Part shown: positions 40,498-51,104 of the stretch, piece by piece | Layout: each line of letters opens with the position of its first letter | Numbering within the stretch: the first letter of the stretch is position 1 | Origin: Candidatus Omnitrophota bacterium | Lineage (GTDB): Bacteria; Omnitrophota; Gorgyraeia; Gygaellales; Profunditerraquicolaceae | Assembly: GCA_026387335.1 (NCBI GenBank) | Contig: JAPLLX010000002.1 | Location: forward strand, 13,326 to 77,325 | Direction of reading: 5' to 3' | Length of the DNA: 64,000 nucleotides | Notes under the pieces: generated by a model | The model's database searches: none | What the model was told of the DNA's origin: nothing | The model's input: the letters and a program-made list of their open reading frames with translations, nothing else | Made by a program: the position numbers and the translations under genes

Positions 40498-41880
40498 ATG
40501 GGAAAAAATAAAAGTTTTCGTCTTCAACTCTTTCAATATAAAAGGGTTGATTTTTTTTATATTTTAATCTGCTTAGCTTGTACTCTTCTTGTTTTTACTC
40601 AAGCCTCAAGCGAAAATGAAAACAAAGATAGCCCGGTTGTCCTTTCTTCGCTAAAAGACGCCATCAATATCGCCCTCAAGAGTAATCTCAACATCCAAAT
40701 GCAGGAAAAAGAGGTCGCTGCCAGCCGTTCCGATATCATAGTGGCTAAAAGCGTATTTTTCCCTCAGCTAAGCCTGGACGCCAGCTATACTCATAATGAC
40801 AAGGTTTTCGCCGAGAATATATTCACCGGGTTTAAGAACGATAATAGCCTGGGTCTTGCCTTAAACCAGAGTATTTACAGCGGCGGAGCGAATTACGCGA
40901 ATTTTAAGCAAGCCATCCTTAAATTAAAAATACAGGAAGAGACACTTAGGTCCCGCAAGCTGGATATAGAGTTTGAAGCAAAAAGGCTTTATTACGGCCT
41001 GCTCCTTGCCTATGAAACAGAGCGGATAACCGAGGATCTCTTTAATCAGGCCAAAGCGCATTATGAAGACGTAAAACAGAAGTTTAGCCAAGGCACAGCC
41101 TCCAGGTTTGACGTTTTACAATCCAGCGTGCAGGTCTCTAAGATTATGCCGGAGTTGGTAAAAGCCAAGAACGCGGTGGAATTGATAAAGGCGGACCTTA
41201 AGAAATTGTTAAAGATTAAGATGTTGGATGACTTAAAGGTTGAAGATAAACTCGGCTACTCCTTGGTCGATATTAATGAACCGGAATTCTTAAAAGTAGC
41301 CTATTTAAACCAGCCGGCTATGAATTTGAAAACTTTAGGGATTGATGTAAATAAATGGGCGATCCAATTGGCCAAGGCTACTAACCGGCCGCAGGTCAAT
41401 GCCGGGTTTAATTATAACTTACGCTCTAATAACCTAGGCAATATTACGGATAGCCAGTATCGTAACTGGAACGCTGGTATAGCGGTAAGCGTGCCCATAT
41501 TTGACGGATTTTCTTCCAAAGGGAAAGTGGATGCCGCCAAGGTGCGTTATGAAGAGGCGTTCCTGGATAAAGAAAATATAGCGGACCAGATAGCGGTAGA
41601 TATAAAGAAGGCCTGTCTGGACTTAAAGCAGTCAAAATCAATCATTGATTATACAAAAGATAATATCGGAGAAGCTAAAGAGGCTTTAAAGATTTCCGAA
41701 GTAAGCTATGACAATGGCGAGGGGACCAACCTGGATATATTGGACGCGCAGGTTTCCTTAAGCCAGATAGAAAAGGATTATTCTAACGGGATTTACGATT
41801 ATCTTATGGCCCAGGCTTTTCTGGATAAGACGATGGCCAGGTTTTCTTTAGGGGAGGAAAAAAATGAAAAAAAGAGCTAA
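40498..41880 (+). CDS. TolC-like outer-membrane efflux protein
   Basis: Two OEP repeats, signal peptide, about 460 aa. Confidence 0.8.
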   Translation: MGKNKSFRLQLFQYKRVDFFYILICLACTLLVFTQASSENENKDSPVVLSSLKDAINIALKSNLNIQMQEKEVAASRSDIIVAKSVFFPQLSLDASYTHNDKVFAENIFTGFKNDNSLGLALNQSIYSGGANYANFKQAILKLKIQEETLRSRKLDIEFEAKRLYYGLLLAYETERITEDLFNQAKAHYEDVKQKFSQGTASRFDVLQSSVQVSKIMPELVKAKNAVELIKADLKKLLKIKMLDDLKVEDKLGYSLVDINEPEFLKVAYLNQPAMNLKTLGIDVNKWAIQLAKATNRPQVNAGFNYNLRSNNLGNITDSQYRNWNAGIAVSVPIFDGFSSKGKVDAAKVRYEEAFLDKENIADQIAVDIKKACLDLKQSKSIIDYTKDNIGEAKEALKISEVSYDNGEGTNLDILDAQVSLSQIEKDYSNGIYDYLMAQAFLDKTMARFSLGEEKNEKKS

Positions 41881-42700
41881 TTTTATAATAATCATTATCG
41901 CCGCGGCGATCATCGCGTTATTATTATTTTTATATGTTCAAGAGATTAGAAAAGAGCATAATCATACGATTAAGGTCTCCGGAAACATTGAAGGAGACGA
42001 TGTGCGCCTTTCTTTTCGCGTTGAAGGCCAGATCGAAGAGCTTTTAACCGATGAGGGGATGATTATTAAAAAAGGCGATATAGTGGCTAAGCTGAAGACC
42101 GACGAACTCTCTAAAATTCGGGATAATGCCGACGGCGCTTTAAGGGCGACAGAGTTTGAATACGCGCTGGCTAAAATTGATTATGAGCGGGCAGAGAACC
42201 TGCTTACCGCCGGAGCCACGACTACCCAAAAGCGGGACGCGGCTAAAACCAAAGCTGATTCCTTGAAGGCGGAAATTGAAAAACTCAAGGCTTCTTTGGA
42301 TCTGGCCCAGACTAGGTTAGATTTTACGAGTTTAATTTCTCCTCTTGATGGTTATGTGTTGATTAAAAGCGCTCTACCCGGAGAAGTGGTCCAGATAGGC
42401 GCTCCGGTATTTACTGCTGTTGACCTGGATACTCTTTGGGTCACTGCTTATATAAATGAGACGGATTTAGGCAGGGTAAAGCTGAATCAGAAGGCGGATG
42501 TGCAGACAGATACTTATCGCGGCAAGAAATATAGCGGCCGGGTTTCATTTATATCCTCACAAACAGAATTCACTCCCAAATACATCCAGACTGCTGAAGA
42601 AATAGTCAAATATGTTTACAGGATAAAAGTCAGAGTGGATAATTCCAGCCTGGACCTTAAGCCCGGGATGCCCGCAGACGCCTATATTATGGCTGACTAA
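41864..42700 (+). CDS. HlyD-family periplasmic adaptor (membrane fusion protein)
   Basis: N-terminal TM helix, coiled-coil hairpin, beta-barrel/lipoyl-like C-terminus; overlaps the tolC-like stop. Confidence 0.8.
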   Translation: MKKRANFIIIIIAAAIIALLLFLYVQEIRKEHNHTIKVSGNIEGDDVRLSFRVEGQIEELLTDEGMIIKKGDIVAKLKTDELSKIRDNADGALRATEFEYALAKIDYERAENLLTAGATTTQKRDAAKTKADSLKAEIEKLKASLDLAQTRLDFTSLISPLDGYVLIKSALPGEVVQIGAPVFTAVDLDTLWVTAYINETDLGRVKLNQKADVQTDTYRGKKYSGRVSFISSQTEFTPKYIQTAEEIVKYVYRIKVRVDNSSLDLKPGMPADAYIMAD

Positions 42701-42712
42701 GCCGCTTCTCTT

Positions 42713-43444
42713 ATGGTTACCATAAAGACTGAAAACCTCACCCGTAAATTCGCTAATCTTACAGCTTTGGACCAGCTTAATCTTGAGGTCCAGGAAGGGG
42801 AGATTTTCGGATTAGTCGGGCCGGACGGAGCAGGTAAAACTACTACTATGCGCCTTTTGACCGGAATATTAGATCCCACCGAAGGGCAAGCCTGGGTTTA
42901 TAATAAGCACACCGTAAAGCAAGCAGAGGAGTTAAAAGAGCATATCGCTTATATGTCTCAGCGCTTCGGGCTTTATGAAGAGTTAAGCGTAATGGAGAAT
43001 ATTAATTTTTACGCCGATGTTTACGGCGTGGCAAAAGATAAGCGCGGTGAAGCAATTGAACGGTTGCTGGGATTTTCCGGGCTACTGCCTTTTAAGGAGC
43101 GCTTTGCCGGAAAGCTCTCCGGCGGAATGAAGCAAAAATTGGGGCTGGCCTGCGCTCTTATACATACACCGAAAGTTTTATTTCTGGATGAACCCACCAA
43201 CGGAGTTGACCCTGTATCGCGCAGGGATTTCTGGAAGATACTCTACGATTTGCTTAAAGAGAAGGTGACTATATTCTGTTCCACCTGCTATCTGGATGAG
43301 GCTGAGCGCTGCCGCAGGGTAGGGCTTATGCACAAAGGCAAGCTCCTGCGCTGCGATACGCCGGGGAATATTAAGAAAGAATGCAATGTTAAAACCTTGG
43401 AAGAAGCCTTTATCCATATAGTTAACGCATATGAAAGAAAATAG
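42713..43444 (+). CDS. ABC transporter ATP-binding protein (ABC-2 type, first of two)
   Basis: Walker A GPDGAGKTT, signature LSGGMKQK, Walker B LFLDEPT. Confidence 0.9.
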   Translation: MVTIKTENLTRKFANLTALDQLNLEVQEGEIFGLVGPDGAGKTTTMRLLTGILDPTEGQAWVYNKHTVKQAEELKEHIAYMSQRFGLYEELSVMENINFYADVYGVAKDKRGEAIERLLGFSGLLPFKERFAGKLSGGMKQKLGLACALIHTPKVLFLDEPTNGVDPVSRRDFWKILYDLLKEKVTIFCSTCYLDEAERCRRVGLMHKGKLLRCDTPGNIKKECNVKTLEEAFIHIVNAYERK

Positions 43445-44396
43445 CCTGAATAATATAGCCGTAAGCGTGCAAGACTTAGAAAAAAAATTCGGAGCTTTTA
43501 CCGCGGTCAACCGGATAAACTTTGAAGTTAAGCGGGGAGAGATTTTTGGATTTTTAGGGCCTAACGGCGCGGGAAAATCTACCACTATCAGGATGCTCTG
43601 TGGTATCATTCCCCCGACTTCAGGCAAAGGTGAGGTAGGAGGTTTTGATATTATCAAAGAGCAGTATAAGATTAAAGAAAATATCGGTTATATGTCGCAG
43701 AAGTTTTCGCTCTATAATGATCTAACCATAGAAGAGAACATTAATTTTTATAGCGGGATATATAAAATCCCCCAAAAAGAAAAAAAAGAACGCCTGGAAT
43801 TAACTATCCGCACCGCCGGGCTTGAGGGTATGGAATCAAATCTTACCGCGACCCTGGCCGGAGGCTGGAAGCAGCGCCTGGCTTTAGGGTGCGCGTTAAT
43901 CCATAAGCCTAAAATTATATTTTTGGATGAACCGACTTCCGGGGTTGATCCTATTACCAGAAATAATTTCTGGAATATTATTAAAGGGCTGGCTCAAGAA
44001 GGGGTGACTGTTTTTGTCACCACCCATTATATGGATGAGGCGGAAAATTGTAACCGGATGGTCTTGATTTATCACGGCACAATTATTGCCAGCGGCTCTC
44101 CGGAAGAAATGAAGACTAAGTGTATGCAGAATGAGGTGCTGGAAATTACTTTGGATAACGCCCAAGACTGGCTGGATAAAATCGCTGAAATCGAGGGGGT
44201 TAAAGAAGCAGCGCTTTTCGGCGCGGATATCCACGCTGTTGTCTATGACAGCGCAAAATCTATTCCCCAGATAAAAGAATTCCTGCAAAAAGAGGGAGTG
44301 CAGGGAGCGGGCATTATTAAGATTTCTCCGTCGCTAGAGGATGTCTTTGTCTCCTCAATAGAAAACTATGATGCGGCTCAACCTAAGAAGAATTAA
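43431..44396 (+). CDS. ABC transporter ATP-binding protein (second)
   Basis: GPNGAGKST, LAGGWKQR, FLDEPTSG. Confidence 0.9.
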   Translation: MKENSLNNIAVSVQDLEKKFGAFTAVNRINFEVKRGEIFGFLGPNGAGKSTTIRMLCGIIPPTSGKGEVGGFDIIKEQYKIKENIGYMSQKFSLYNDLTIEENINFYSGIYKIPQKEKKERLELTIRTAGLEGMESNLTATLAGGWKQRLALGCALIHKPKIIFLDEPTSGVDPITRNNFWNIIKGLAQEGVTVFVTTHYMDEAENCNRMVLIYHGTIIASGSPEEMKTKCMQNEVLEITLDNAQDWLDKIAEIEGVKEAALFGADIHAVVYDSAKSIPQIKEFLQKEGVQGAGIIKISPSLEDVFVSSIENYDAAQPKKN

Positions 44397-45510
44397 GGCT
44401 ATAGCCTGGAAGGAATTTATCCAGATCCGGCGCGACCCGCGTTCCCTGGGGTTAGCCCTGGCTATTCCCATATTCCTGCTTTTAATTTTTGGTTACGGGC
44501 TCTCTCTGGATATTGACCATGTACGCACTCTGGTCTGGAACCAGGATGCCTCTTCTGAGCTGACCCGGGATTTCCTGTTAAATTTTCAGAATTCCAAGTA
44601 TTTTAAGATCATAGGCTACACGGATAACTACCGGGAAATTGAACATAAGATTGATAGCGGCCAAATATTGCTGGCGTTGGTCATTCCTAAAGATTTCTCA
44701 TTTTATATTAAGTCCGGTAAAACTGCTCCGTTGCAGCTGATTGTGGACGGAAGCGATGCCAATACCGCTACAATAGCTCTGGGGTATGTACGAACAGTCG
44801 TTGCCAACTACAATGTGAATCTCTTAAGCAGCGCGATGGCGTCCCAAGGATTAAAACCGGTTAAAGCGCCTGAGGCCCGCTCGAGGATCTGGTTTAATAT
44901 GGGCCTGGTCAGCACCTGGTTCATTGTCCCCGGAGTAATCGCCATGATCATTATGATCATTGCCGCGCTCCTTACTTCCATTTGCGTCGCCCGGGAGTGG
45001 GAGAGGGGAACGATGGAGCAATTGATTTCAACTCCCGTAAAAGCCCCGGAATTAATACTGGGTAAACTCGTACCCTATTTTACCATCGGTTTCTTTGACC
45101 TTACGGTGGGAGTGTTGATGGCCAGGATTTTATTTAGTATTCCTTTCAGAGGTAGTTATCTTATACTTATTATTTTAAGCGCGCTATTTTTAATCGGCGC
45201 CCTATCCCAGGGAATATTAATTTCGGTAGTTGCCCGGACGCAGTTGATGGCCTCTCAACTTGCCAGCCTCTCTACACTTCTGCCGACCATGCTCCTATCC
45301 GGGTTTATCTACCCGATTTTTAATATGCCTAAAGTCATACAGGCGGTCACTTACTTTATCCCCGCGCGCTATTACATTGTCGTCTTAAGAGAATCATTCT
45401 TAAAAGGCGGGTCTATACTTGCTCTCTGGGATGAAACAGTTTTTCTGATATTATTTGCCGCGATGATGTTAGGTCTGGCAATGCGAAAATTTAAGAAAAA
45501 GGTGGCTTAA
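44368..45510 (+). CDS. ABC-2 family permease
   Basis: Six TM helices, large first periplasmic loop, YbhS/YbhR-like. Confidence 0.8.
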   Translation: MMRLNLRRIKAIAWKEFIQIRRDPRSLGLALAIPIFLLLIFGYGLSLDIDHVRTLVWNQDASSELTRDFLLNFQNSKYFKIIGYTDNYREIEHKIDSGQILLALVIPKDFSFYIKSGKTAPLQLIVDGSDANTATIALGYVRTVVANYNVNLLSSAMASQGLKPVKAPEARSRIWFNMGLVSTWFIVPGVIAMIIMIIAALLTSICVAREWERGTMEQLISTPVKAPELILGKLVPYFTIGFFDLTVGVLMARILFSIPFRGSYLILIILSALFLIGALSQGILISVVARTQLMASQLASLSTLLPTMLLSGFIYPIFNMPKVIQAVTYFIPARYYIVVLRESFLKGGSILALWDETVFLILFAAMMLGLAMRKFKKKVA

Positions 45511-45513
45511 GCT

Positions 45514-46641
45514 ATGTTTGAACGTTCCAAGGCGATTTTAATCAAAGAATTTAAACAGATATTCCGCGACCCGCGGATGAAGACAGTGATTTTTATCACC
45601 CCGCTTATTCAGATACTCCTCTTTGGTTATGCCGCCAATAAGGATATCACTTATGTTCCCACGGCTATTCTTGACCGGGATAATACGGCAGAAAGCAGGG
45701 AACTCCTGCGCCGGTTTACCTATTCTAAATATTTTATACCTGAGCATTATATCTTTAGCGAGAAAGAACAGAACCGGGTCCTGGATAAGGGCCTGGTCAA
45801 TACGGTTATCCACATTGACCGCGGGTTTGGCCGAGCGCTCACCGCCGATAAAGACGCGAATATCCAGCTGGCCTTTGACGGCACAGATTCAAATACAGCC
45901 ATGATTGTTATGGGTTATGCTAATACGATTATGAGCAATTACGTCTATGACCTGATGCAGGAAGAGGCTGACGCCAGCGGCAGGGTGAGCAGTGTGCCGA
46001 GCGTAGATTTAAGGGAACGCGCCTGGTTTAACGGGAATCTTATTTCCAGGAACTATTATCTTCCGGGGGTGATCGCCATTATCGTGACCATGATGTCTCT
46101 TTTACTGACCTCTATGGCTATAGTCAAAGAGAAAGAAATCGGCACAATGGAACAGTTGATTGTCAGCCCTCTAAAGCCGCTTGACCTTATTGTGGGTAAA
46201 CTTCTTCCTTTTGCCATAATCTCGCTGGTTCAGATTACGCTGGTGACCATATTGGGGGTGCTTTGGTTTCATATACCATTAAGGGGGAGCCTACCGCTGC
46301 TGCTATTATCTACCTGCGTATATTTATTTACTACTTTAGGGATAGGACTTTTTATTTCCACGATATCCTCAACCCAGCAGGAGGCGATGATGTCGGTTTT
46401 TCTTTTTTATATGCCGACAGTCCTCTTATCCGGGTTTGCCTATCCGATAGCCAATATGCCCCAGGTGATCCAGTGGTTTACTTTTATCAACCCTTTACGC
46501 TATTTTATGGTGGTTGTCCGCAGCATATTCTTAAAAGGAGTGGGGCTTGACATTCTCTGGACGCAGCTTGTCCCGTTATTGATTATGGGGATTTTAGTCA
46601 TTAGTTTCAGCGCCCTGAGGTTCCGCAAGAGCTTAGGGTAG
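45514..46641 (+). CDS. ABC-2 family permease (paralog)
   Basis: Same architecture as the preceding gene. Confidence 0.8.
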   Translation: MFERSKAILIKEFKQIFRDPRMKTVIFITPLIQILLFGYAANKDITYVPTAILDRDNTAESRELLRRFTYSKYFIPEHYIFSEKEQNRVLDKGLVNTVIHIDRGFGRALTADKDANIQLAFDGTDSNTAMIVMGYANTIMSNYVYDLMQEEADASGRVSSVPSVDLRERAWFNGNLISRNYYLPGVIAIIVTMMSLLLTSMAIVKEKEIGTMEQLIVSPLKPLDLIVGKLLPFAIISLVQITLVTILGVLWFHIPLRGSLPLLLLSTCVYLFTTLGIGLFISTISSTQQEAMMSVFLFYMPTVLLSGFAYPIANMPQVIQWFTFINPLRYFMVVVRSIFLKGVGLDILWTQLVPLLIMGILVISFSALRFRKSLG

Positions 46642-46692
46642 TTAGAAAAGAATTAAGATGAAAAATAGCGTTTTGAATGGTAAAATGAGGCT

Positions 46693-47532
46693 ATGAAAAC
46701 TTTTATACTTTTGTTTCAGTGCAGGGACCAAAAAGGGATTGTCGCTAAACTGGCGGATTTTATTTTTAAGGCCGGCGGTAATATCATTAACGCTGACCAG
46801 TATTCTACGGACCCGGCAGGCGGATATTTCTTTATCAGAGTAGAGTTTCTAATTAACGCGCCATCAGGGAAAGCTGCCCTAGAGAAGGGTTTAAGCGTTA
46901 TCGCTAAGAGCTTACAGGCGAAGTTTTCGCTCTATGATAAGGAAAAACCGCTGCGTATGGGCATATGCGTTTCTAGCCCCGGGCATTGCCTGGCGGAGAT
47001 ATTATATTTATGGAGAGAGCGGGAGTTAAACGTAGATACACCTTTGGTCATCTCTAACTTTGAGGGGCACCGGGAATTCGCCAGGCAGTATAAGGTCCCG
47101 TTTTATTTTATTCCGGCGACTAAGAATAGCCGCAGGGAAGGAGAATTATTAAAGATAGTTTCTCGAGACACTGATTTTTTGGTGCTCGCCCGCTATATGC
47201 TTGTGCTATCTAAGAAATTCCTTAACGCTTATGGCAAAGACATTATAAATATTCATCACGGGTTTCTGCCTTCGTTTAAAGGGAGTAATCCTTATGGGCA
47301 GGCGCTTAATCAAGGCGTTAAGGTGATCGGCGCGACCAGTCATTTTGTGGCTGAAAAACTGGATACTGGCCCGATTATTACCCAGGAAGTAGAATACGTC
47401 TCGCATAAAGATGCCTTAAAGGATTTGGTGCGTAAGGGTAAGAATTTAGAGAAGAGGGCATTAGTTGAGGCTATCCGCGCCTATATTGACTACCGCGTCA
47501 TTAAACACAATAATAAAACCATAGTCTTTTAA
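46693..47532 (+). CDS. purU: Formyltetrahydrofolate deformylase
   Basis: N-terminal ACT domain (ILLFQCRDQKGIVAKLADFI), then the formyltransferase core (INIHHGFLPSFKG; HxxxD region). Confidence 0.85.
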   Translation: MKTFILLFQCRDQKGIVAKLADFIFKAGGNIINADQYSTDPAGGYFFIRVEFLINAPSGKAALEKGLSVIAKSLQAKFSLYDKEKPLRMGICVSSPGHCLAEILYLWRERELNVDTPLVISNFEGHREFARQYKVPFYFIPATKNSRREGELLKIVSRDTDFLVLARYMLVLSKKFLNAYGKDIINIHHGFLPSFKGSNPYGQALNQGVKVIGATSHFVAEKLDTGPIITQEVEYVSHKDALKDLVRKGKNLEKRALVEAIRAYIDYRVIKHNNKTIVF

Positions 47533-47594
47533 TAGGGACAGCGACCATTTTTCTTGGTCGCAGAGAAGAGAAAAATGGTCGCTGTCCCTATTTA
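47531..47594. repeat. REPIN copy 7
   Basis: Overlaps the purU stop TAA. Identical to copy 8, including the loop CTTGGTCGCAGAGAAGAG. Confidence 0.9.
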
Positions 47595-47607
47595 TAGGAA
47601 ACTAAAG

Positions 47608-48675
47608 ATGAAACGAGTCAATAAAATTATATTATGGGTCTTAGTTTCGTTTTTTAGCCTTTTTATCCTCGCTAATATCGCAATCTCCGTATTTGCCAAA
47701 CAAATAGTGGTTAAGCAGATAGAGCAGAATTTAAAACTACCCGCGACTCTTGGGTCCATCAGGCTCGCGTTTCCTTTCTCAATAGATTTAAATGAACTTA
47801 CAGTCGGTGATTTATTTAAGGCTAAGCGGTTATCTGTTTCGCCTAACCTATTGGGCTTTTTTGCGGGTAAGATTGTGCTTGACCGGGTAGCTTTGGTCAA
47901 TCCGGTGATTAATCTCAAGCAGGCTAACGATGGGAGTTTGAATTTACCAAAGTTAGAACAAAAAGGCAAACAACCGCCGGTTTATCTATTGAGCTTAAGT
48001 ATAAAAAACGGTGAGTTTATCTTTACCGATAAAAAAATTAGTCCTTTAGGCTATAAGGTTATTTTAGGAAGTATAGACGTTAATATTTCTAAAGTCTTAC
48101 TCCCGGTGACTTCGCTTAAAACAAATTTTAAGGTTTCTTTAGATGTGTTGGATTCTAATAATATGAAATTAGGGAGCGCGGGGCTTACAGGTTGGGTTGA
48201 CTTTGGGCCTAAAGATATGGATGGTATTTTAACCGTAAAAGACCTTGACCTCACTTATTTTTCTCCCTATTACGGGAATTTTATCTCTAGTAAGAAACTC
48301 CTTTCAGCTAAACTCAATATAAATTCTACTTTTAAATCCGAAAATAATAACCTGAAAATCCTGACTGACTTTAAGCTTGCAAATTTAGTTTATGCGCAAG
48401 AAGAAGAAAGCGGGCTTGCGGAGTTAGACCTGACCAAGAACGCCTTGGATTTCTTCACCGATTCCAAAGGAAATCTGAATTTAGAGTTTGAGGTTAATAC
48501 AAAACTGGATAATCCCAGTATAAGCGTTTCCGAACTTAAAAAAATCATCCTCAAGACTGCGGCTAAAAACCTCTCTAACCAATCTCCGCAAGACCTGATC
48601 ACAAAAGTGAATGATAATATTGAACAATTTAAGGCCATAGGTAAGACCTTAAAAAGCATATTTAAAGGCGAATAA
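47608..48675 (+). CDS. Hypothetical membrane-anchored protein
   Basis: The ORF track's N-terminus MVAEKRKMVAVPIY is just the REPIN translated; the likely start is MKRVNKIILWVL at 47608. One TM helix, then a beta-rich region. Confidence 0.3.
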   Translation: MKRVNKIILWVLVSFFSLFILANIAISVFAKQIVVKQIEQNLKLPATLGSIRLAFPFSIDLNELTVGDLFKAKRLSVSPNLLGFFAGKIVLDRVALVNPVINLKQANDGSLNLPKLEQKGKQPPVYLLSLSIKNGEFIFTDKKISPLGYKVILGSIDVNISKVLLPVTSLKTNFKVSLDVLDSNNMKLGSAGLTGWVDFGPKDMDGILTVKDLDLTYFSPYYGNFISSKKLLSAKLNINSTFKSENNNLKILTDFKLANLVYAQEEESGLAELDLTKNALDFFTDSKGNLNLEFEVNTKLDNPSISVSELKKIILKTAAKNLSNQSPQDLITKVNDNIEQFKAIGKTLKSIFKGE

Positions 48676-48677
48676 AG

Positions 48678-49328
48678 ATGAGCGAACATAAGCCTAAATC
48701 TATCCAGAATATTGAAGAAAAAATGGAATCACTGGATACAAATTCATTGCGTTATCATATACTGGAGAGCGCTAAGAATTTTAAAATCTCCTGGATCGAA
48801 CTTGGGCGTTCACTTTACTCGGTATGGAAAGATAAATTATATAAGGATTGGGGTTTTAGCACGTTTGATATATATACCGCTAAAGAGATTGGAATAAGGA
48901 AACCTACGGCTATGAAGCTTCTGCGTTCGTATTATTTTCTGGAGAAAGAAGAACCGGCATATTTAAAAAATGACTATACCGAAGCAGCCAAGGTCCCCAG
49001 TTATGAGGCAGTGGATCTGTTGCGTAAGGCAAAAGATAAGAAAAACCTGGATGCGCAGGATTATTCTAAACTAAAAAAAGAAATTTTTGAGGATGGCAAA
49101 GATATCCAATCGGTAAAGCGGGATTTAACTTCTTTAATCCGGCAAAGGGAAGAGCTGGAGCCGCAAGAGGCGTATAAGAGAAGAAGGGTAGCGACCTTAA
49201 GAAGATTTATCGGCAGCTTAAAAGCGTTAAAACAGGAGGCAGAGATATCCAAATTGCTTCCCATGGCGCTTATTAAGGACGCTGGGGAGCTGATAAAGAA
49301 GATAGAAGAGCAAATTGAGAATAAATAG
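48678..49328 (+). CDS. Hypothetical protein
   Basis: ORF only; the stop TAG lies inside REPIN copy 8. Confidence 0.3.
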   Translation: MSEHKPKSIQNIEEKMESLDTNSLRYHILESAKNFKISWIELGRSLYSVWKDKLYKDWGFSTFDIYTAKEIGIRKPTAMKLLRSYYFLEKEEPAYLKNDYTEAAKVPSYEAVDLLRKAKDKKNLDAQDYSKLKKEIFEDGKDIQSVKRDLTSLIRQREELEPQEAYKRRRVATLRRFIGSLKALKQEAEISKLLPMALIKDAGELIKKIEEQIENK

Positions 49329-49387
49329 GGACAGCGACCATTTTTCTTGGTCGCAGAGAAGAGAAAAATGGTCGCTGTCCCTATTTA
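49324..49387. repeat. REPIN copy 8
   Basis: Identical to copy 7. Confidence 0.9.
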
Positions 49388-49394
49388 TCATAAG

Positions 49395-51104
49395 ATGAAT
49401 ATAATTAAAATACTGGAAGAGAGAGCGCTGAATACCCCGGATAAACCCGCGGTATTTTTTAGGGAGCAGGTTATTTCATTCTTTAAGCTTAAGGATGTAT
49501 CTGCTCGTCTCGCCGGAGCTTTGAAGAAATTAGGCGTGAATAAGGGCGATAAAATAGCGCTATACCTGCCGAGTTGGCCGGAGTATATTTTTAGTTACTT
49601 GAGCATCTGGCGCCTGGGTGCTGTAGCCGTGCCTTTAGATTTTATGCTCACCGAAGATGAGCTGGTGGCCTGCCTTACGCATTCCGCAGCCAAAATTTTA
49701 ATTGCCAAATCTAAGGCCAACCTCTCTTTGGATGCACTTAAGAAAAGATGTCCGGGGTTAAAGCAGATAATCACCTGTCAGGATAAAGCCGAGGGGTTTT
49801 TATTTTTTGATGAATGCGTGGAAAAAAGCGAAGCGCAAGGTATGAACGCGGATGTGCAGGATAAAGATTACGCGATTATTTTTTATACCTCCGGGACCAC
49901 CGGAAAACCCAAAGGGGTGTTAATAAATTATCTGCAATTAAGCGCTCCTCCAAAATCTATGGAGTTTTTTGTCAATTCGGATTTAAGCGCTAAAGATACG
50001 ACTTTATGCGCCCTACCTTTTTCGCATCTGGGAGGGTTGATTTATATCCAGAACACAGTTGTTTTTGGCCTGAAGCTGGTTTTAATGGAGCGTTTTATCC
50101 CTTCGGAATTTTTAAAGAACATCCAAAACTATAAAGTTAACTTTTTCTGGCTCGTTCCTTCCATGTATTACGCGCTCTTACAATTAAAAGAATTTGAAAC
50201 ATTTGATTTGAGTTCTTTGCGTTGGATAGTTACTTTCGGCGCTTCTAATTCCGCGGATGCCCTGCGCAGATTCCATCAGTTCTGCCCTAAGGCGCATCTT
50301 TTAAACGGTTGGGGCCTGACCGAGACCAACGCGCCCAGCGTAGTCTTGGCTATGGGCTCAAAAAAAATAGAAAGCGTGGGCAGGCCTGCTCCGTGGATAG
50401 AGGTAAAGGTATTTGACGATACGGATAAAGAAGTTAAAACAGGCCAAGTCGGAGAGATTGTGGTTAAAAGTTGGGTAGTTACCGACGGGTATTATAAGGA
50501 TACCGCCCTGACCAAAGAAACTTTTAAGAACGGATGGTTTCATACAGGAGATTTGGGTAAATTTGACCCTGAAGGCGACCTCTATATCGTCGGCAGGAAA
50601 AAAGAGATGATCAAAGTGGGCGGAGAGATTGTTTTTGAGCCGGAGGTAGAGTCGGTAATTTACCGGCATCCGGATGTTGCCGAAGCAGCGGTTGTCGGCG
50701 TTACGGATAAATTAAGGGGAGAGTTGCCTAAGGCCTGGGTGGTTTTAAAAGATGGCAAGGCATTAAGCGAAGAAGACCTGCGTTATTTTTGCCGGGAGCA
50801 CCTGGCGCATTTTAAGATCCCGCATTATTTTGAATTTGTGAAGTCGCTTCCCAAAAATCGTACCGGAAAAATTGACAAAGAGCAACTCAGGGACGGTTCT
50901 CAAGCCAATCTTAAAGTGTCCCCTTTATGGGGACACTTTTGCTTTGAGTTGAGAACCGTCCCTAACTGTCTATGGAAGATATCACGAAGTTGTCCCTTGA
51001 GGAACTGGAAGATAAACTTAAAGGTAGTGGCGCTAAAGGCTATCATGCCGGCCAGATTTTCTCCTGGATTTATAATAAAGCAACCCTGGATTTCGCTGAA
51101 ATGA
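49395..51104 (+). CDS. AMP-dependent synthetase/ligase (acyl-CoA synthetase family). The 3' end reads through a palindromic element
   Basis: AMP-binding motif IFYTSGTTGKPKGV; C-terminal NRTGKIDKEQLR conserved-Lys motif at about 50860-50890. The frame then continues without a stop through element B copy 1 to 51104, overlapping rlmN. Confidence 0.8.
   Translation: MNIIKILEERALNTPDKPAVFFREQVISFFKLKDVSARLAGALKKLGVNKGDKIALYLPSWPEYIFSYLSIWRLGAVAVPLDFMLTEDELVACLTHSAAKILIAKSKANLSLDALKKRCPGLKQIITCQDKAEGFLFFDECVEKSEAQGMNADVQDKDYAIIFYTSGTTGKPKGVLINYLQLSAPPKSMEFFVNSDLSAKDTTLCALPFSHLGGLIYIQNTVVFGLKLVLMERFIPSEFLKNIQNYKVNFFWLVPSMYYALLQLKEFETFDLSSLRWIVTFGASNSADALRRFHQFCPKAHLLNGWGLTETNAPSVVLAMGSKKIESVGRPAPWIEVKVFDDTDKEVKTGQVGEIVVKSWVVTDGYYKDTALTKETFKNGWFHTGDLGKFDPEGDLYIVGRKKEMIKVGGEIVFEPEVESVIYRHPDVAEAAVVGVTDKLRGELPKAWVVLKDGKALSEEDLRYFCREHLAHFKIPHYFEFVKSLPKNRTGKIDKEQLRDGSQANLKVSPLWGHFCFELRTVPNCLWKISRSCPLRNWKINLKVVALKAIMPARFSPGFIIKQPWISLK
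50889..50964. repeat. Palindromic element family B copy 1 (nested inverted repeats AGGGACGGTTCTCAA...TTGAGAACCGTCCCT around AAGTGTCCCC...GGGGACACTT)
   Basis: Read directly; 91% identical to 56249-56327. Confidence 0.85.
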
